From IMG/VR virus record IMGVR_UViG_2061766007_000711: a stretch of DNA of 64,000 bases; one strand, written 5' to 3'. The DNA is from an uncultured virus (IMG/VR IMGVR_UViG_2061766007_000711) (lineage: Duplodnaviria; Heunggongvirae; Uroviricota; Caudoviricetes). Every line of letters starts with the position of its first letter. Position 1 is the first letter of the stretch. Positions 60,726 to 64,000 of the stretch are shown piece by piece. Made by a program: the position numbers and the translations under genes. The notes beneath the pieces are model-generated. The model did not search any database and had not been told where the DNA came from. It saw only the letters and a list, made by a program, of their open reading frames with translations.

Positions 60726-62118
60726 CATACTCCCACGACTAAAGTCGTGGGATTCTGGGAGTTGTCACGGATGGACAACGTGTCCCAAAGGTAGATGCCC
60801 CTACCTTACATAAATTTATTGCGGCATTCATATCCCTATCGTGCTTTGCACCACAACTAGGACATATCCAATGGCGAATTGATACATTCTTTAATTCGGG
60901 GTTCTGATAACCACATTCAGAGCATAGCTGACTGGATGGATACCACTTGTCTGCGTACATGACAGTCTTACCAGCCTTATGAGCTACATATTCGAGAATG
61001 CTCAAGAAAGCGGTGAACCCGAAGTCATACATGGACTTTTTGTACTTCCTGGATAGATTAGCCAAGTCCAGCGTTTCAAACACCATCACATCGTAATCAC
61101 GGCAGAACCGCCGAGCCAACTTCCAGTGCATGTCCGACCGCTGATTAGCCACCTTCTCGTGTAGCTTCTGCAATGTACGCAGTGAACCTCGCTTACCTTT
61201 AGATTTTCGGTATTTCTCCGATAAGTTCCTTAAAGAATTGAGGTTCTTCCGCAAGATTTTAGGCATAGAACAGTCATCGCCATTAGAGGAAACCAAGAAG
61301 TCGCACAGACTGAAGTCGAAACCAACGATTTCACCCGATTTAGTCCATTCTGTCTGTGTACATTCTTGCTCTACGACGATGTATATGTAGAATCCGTTGC
61401 TCTTGTGTTTGACGGTCAAGGTCTTGACCTTGCCGTCGAAATCCCTGCTGTTCCAGTAGGAGAAGTCTTTCTTGCCTATCTTAACACGATTTAAGCCATG
61501 AAACTTATAGCCAGCTTGCTTCGTCGTGAATGAATGATATTTAGCCGTCTTCTGAAAGCGAGGGGGATTAGTCTTCTTGCCAGCTTTCAAGTTCGAAAAG
61601 AACAACCGATATGCCCGGTCTATCCTGTCCGTAATGTCTTGAATGGCTTGTGAAGGAACCTCGTTCCACTCTGGGTACTGGCGTTTCAATTTGGTTAAGT
61701 GCTTCTGCAAATGATACTTGTTGAGCATTTTGTGATGGAGACCATAATACCGACGATGCAGAGCAATGCAATGGTTATATATCCGACCAGCAATAGCAAT
61801 TATATTGTCGAGATACTTCAAAGCATCCCGATTGTACAGCTTGTATTTGTATGTCTTCAATTCAACCATATGCAATTAGAAATGCCCCGATGACGCTTTT
61901 TGTGGAGTTCAGCATCACCAGGGCATAAAAATCCTTGATTTCAATAAGCCGAGAACTCCACTAATCGACCTATTCATAAATAAGTTTATAACATTTTACT
62001 TTTTCTTTTGGTCTTCAATGTGCTGACTTATTCCACCTAGCATTCATGGATTAAATATAGCAAATATATCATTAGTTGGCATCATCCCACGGCTAAAGCC
62101 GTGGGCTTTCGGTTCAGC
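60722..62118 (-). mobile_element. Non-autonomous IS200/IS605-family element (tnpB only)
   Basis: Subterminal hairpins CCCACG(A/G)CTAAAG(T/C)CGTGGG at both ends; on the minus strand TTAC|...AAAG-hairpin (left end) and GAAT-hairpin...TCAA| (right end); AT-rich. Confidence 0.85.
60739..61869 (-). CDS. tnpB: TnpB RNA-guided endonuclease
   Basis: KTYKYKLY, VGFD, VFETL, YPSSQLCSECG, CPSCG, DRDMNAAIN. Confidence 0.93.
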   Translation of the reverse strand: MVELKTYKYKLYNRDALKYLDNIIAIAGRIYNHCIALHRRYYGLHHKMLNKYHLQKHLTKLKRQYPEWNEVPSQAIQDITDRIDRAYRLFFSNLKAGKKTNPPRFQKTAKYHSFTTKQAGYKFHGLNRVKIGKKDFSYWNSRDFDGKVKTLTVKHKSNGFYIYIVVEQECTQTEWTKSGEIVGFDFSLCDFLVSSNGDDCSMPKILRKNLNSLRNLSEKYRKSKGKRGSLRTLQKLHEKVANQRSDMHWKLARRFCRDYDVMVFETLDLANLSRKYKKSMYDFGFTAFLSILEYVAHKAGKTVMYADKWYPSSQLCSECGYQNPELKNVSIRHWICPSCGAKHDRDMNAAINLCKVGASTFGTRCPSVTTPRIPRL

Positions 62119-62169
62119 GTAAGGCACCGGTAAGCAACGCCTAAGCGAAAAATATACTATATTTGGGAT

Positions 62170-62535
62170 GTGCGCCATGCGCACATCCCTTTGCTTTTAT
62201 ATGGAATTTACGATATGATTAAGGAAAAGATTTACAGGCTGATGTTCCATAACTTTATCAGTAACCGAATCCGCCAGATTGCGTGCGGGTGGCGCCGAGA
62301 GCTCCGCCACGGCGTGTCCATCTGGTACAAGCCGGTGAAACACTATCCGGGTTACGGGGACTACGACTACGAGCCGATGTTCGAGCGCGCCGTGCGCACC
62401 GTCAGGCAGAACCGGAAGAAGTTCCCGGGAAAGCGCGTGGCCGTCGAGGTCGAGGTGTTCTACTCGGGAGGACGCCCGGGCATCGGTACCAGGCTGGTGC
62501 AGTACAGAATCAAGCCGTACAGGAACGTGTTCTAG
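62170..62535 (+). CDS. Hypothetical protein (start uncertain)
   Basis: ORF downstream of TACTATATT motif. Confidence 0.45.
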   Translation: MRHAHIPLLLYGIYDMIKEKIYRLMFHNFISNRIRQIACGWRRELRHGVSIWYKPVKHYPGYGDYDYEPMFERAVRTVRQNRKKFPGKRVAVEVEVFYSGGRPGIGTRLVQYRIKPYRNVF

Positions 62536-64000
62536 TGGACTACCGCAAGGAACAGCTGGCAGGACAGGCCCTCAGGAAGGCCGTCATGATGATGCAGAAG
62601 ACCGCCCCCGGCCTCCTGCCCGTCTACATGGGCATCACCGGGATTCCCACGGAAGACCCGAACGTGGCCGTGCGTGTCGGGGTCAACGGTGGCACCCCGG
62701 TCATGGAATACAACGTGGACTTCGTCGCAGCACTGGAGCCGTCGCTCCTCGGGGCGATAGTCTACATGGAGTGCGAGCGCATAGCCCTGCACCATTGCGA
62801 CAGGCGCAAGCAGGAGCCGCTCGACATGCTGAAGCTGGCGAGCGACGTGGTCGTCGCCGAATACGCCAGGAAGCTCGTGGACACTTCCGTGGGCAAGAAC
62901 CTGGAGATTGTAAACAGGCTGTTCCCCAGCTACTGGAACTACTGGCCGGTGCTGCAGAAGCACGGGTTCAACCCGGAGACCGACCTCACCCTCGAGAAGC
63001 TCTTCAAGATATTCAAGGAAGAGTACGCCACGATGAAGCCCGAGGAGGAAGAGGAGGACGGGGAACAGGAGAAGGAGCAGTCCGACGGCAAGTCAAAGGA
63101 CGAGCACGAGACACAGTCGAAGGGCACCAAGGACGACGCCAGGCAGCGGGAAGACAGCAAGGAAGGCAGCAAGGATGGCAGCGAGAATGCCGAGACTTCC
63201 GCTTCCCCCGGTGAATCCGGCGAGCAGGGCGACGGCAAGGAAGACGGCAGTTCCGGCGAGGACGGCAAGGACAAGGGAGAGGAAGATTCCGGCGAGGACG
63301 GCGACGGCGGCGAGGGAGAATCCGGCGAGGGCGAAAGCGAATCCGGCGAGAATTCGGACAAGGATTCCTCCGGGGAACCCGGCGACGGGGAGAGCGACGG
63401 GCAGGACGGAAGCCAGGACGGCACTCCCGAAGAAAGCGACGACGACCCGGGCACTCCCGGGGAAGGCGGAGGCGACGGCTCGAGCGGCGAAGGTGCCGAC
63501 GGCGGTTCCGAACCGGGAAACGACCCGGGCGACGGGGCCGACGGCGACGGGGAAGGAAATGACGGCGACGGAAACTGCGAGGACGGCTCCGAGGGTGATT
63601 CCGGGAGCCCGTCCGAAGACATAGACGGCGGTTCCGGGCAGGGCGAGCGGAAGAAGGACGATTTCGACAGCATGTCAAGGTACTTCTCCCTGACGAACGC
63701 CGGAAGCGACCTTTCCAGATGGGGGCAGGACGACGTGGCAAGGGACGCTGTCACCGCCACGGTCAACGACGCACTNNNNNNNNNNGTGGGGACAGGACGA
63801 CGTGGCGAGGGACGCTGTCACCGCCACGGTCAACGACGCACTGGACAAGGGGATGTTCGACAGGGTGCGCGGTCAGCTGCCGGTAATGCTCAGGAACGCC
63901 AACCGGGTGAAGGTCGACAAGGAGGCCATGTTCAGGAAGTTCATGACCAGCCTGCAGGACGACGAGCGCGAGGAGACCTGGAGCAGGCGCAACAGGAAGT
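62535..64000 (+). CDS. DUF2201-like (VWA-associated metallopeptidase-like) protein with acidic G/D/E/S linker, 3'-partial
   Basis: Hand translation: MEYNVDFVAAL..LGAIVYMECERIALHHCDRR..LASDVVV, then long acidic low-complexity linker; absent from the ORF track because no stop occurs in the window. Confidence 0.65.
   Translation, partial: MDYRKEQLAGQALRKAVMMMQKTAPGLLPVYMGITGIPTEDPNVAVRVGVNGGTPVMEYNVDFVAALEPSLLGAIVYMECERIALHHCDRRKQEPLDMLKLASDVVVAEYARKLVDTSVGKNLEIVNRLFPSYWNYWPVLQKHGFNPETDLTLEKLFKIFKEEYATMKPEEEEEDGEQEKEQSDGKSKDEHETQSKGTKDDARQREDSKEGSKDGSENAETSASPGESGEQGDGKEDGSSGEDGKDKGEEDSGEDGDGGEGESGEGESESGENSDKDSSGEPGDGESDGQDGSQDGTPEESDDDPGTPGEGGGDGSSGEGADGGSEPGNDPGDGADGDGEGNDGDGNCEDGSEGDSGSPSEDIDGGSGQGERKKDDFDSMSRYFSLTNAGSDLSRWGQDDVARDAVTATVNDAXXXXVGTGRRGEGRCHRHGQRRTGQGDVRQGARSAAGNAQERQPGEGRQGGHVQEVHDQPAGRRARGDLEQAQQE

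Noticed and set aside
62939..63766. Minus-strand Ser/Pro-rich ORF and other long antisense ORFs in the track
   Set aside because: Shadows of GC-rich plus-strand genes
9795..63843. Short duplications at gaps (9795-9858/11325-11388, 11429-11538, 42711-42980, 43473-43880, 63720-63843) as biological repeats
   Set aside because: Each abuts a 10-N gap and differs by scattered SNPs; scaffolding of strain variants

Overview
Fragment of a T4-like jumbo myophage genome from a gappy, strain-mixed metagenomic scaffold (standard genetic code). About 1-38 kb is mostly a late/virion module: gp15-, gp13-, gp14-, gp6- and gp7-like proteins, YadA-repeat tail fibres, an amidase endolysin and a GT2-TPR glycosyltransferase. 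About 38-49 kb holds accessory and DNA-metabolism genes (PD-(D/E)xK exonuclease, NAD-dependent ligase). About 49-58 kb is a large tRNA array (about 26 tRNAs plus several tRNA-like and unknown structured RNAs). It contains an HNH gene, an acyl carrier protein, RNA end-healing enzymes and a large, divergent Cas12/TnpB-superfamily RuvC protein (52975->55025) flanked by structured non-coding RNAs, with no cas1/cas2 and no visible CRISPR repeats (assembly gaps flank it). The main array lies behind a leader-peptide/terminator attenuator. Its tRNAs show systematic oddities: bulged Ala acceptor stems, U5-U68 mismatches, C33, and CTA instead of CCA at the 3' end. A solo-tnpB IS200/IS605 element with IS608-type ends lies at 60722-62118. 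All calls come from reading motifs by eye; no database search was run.
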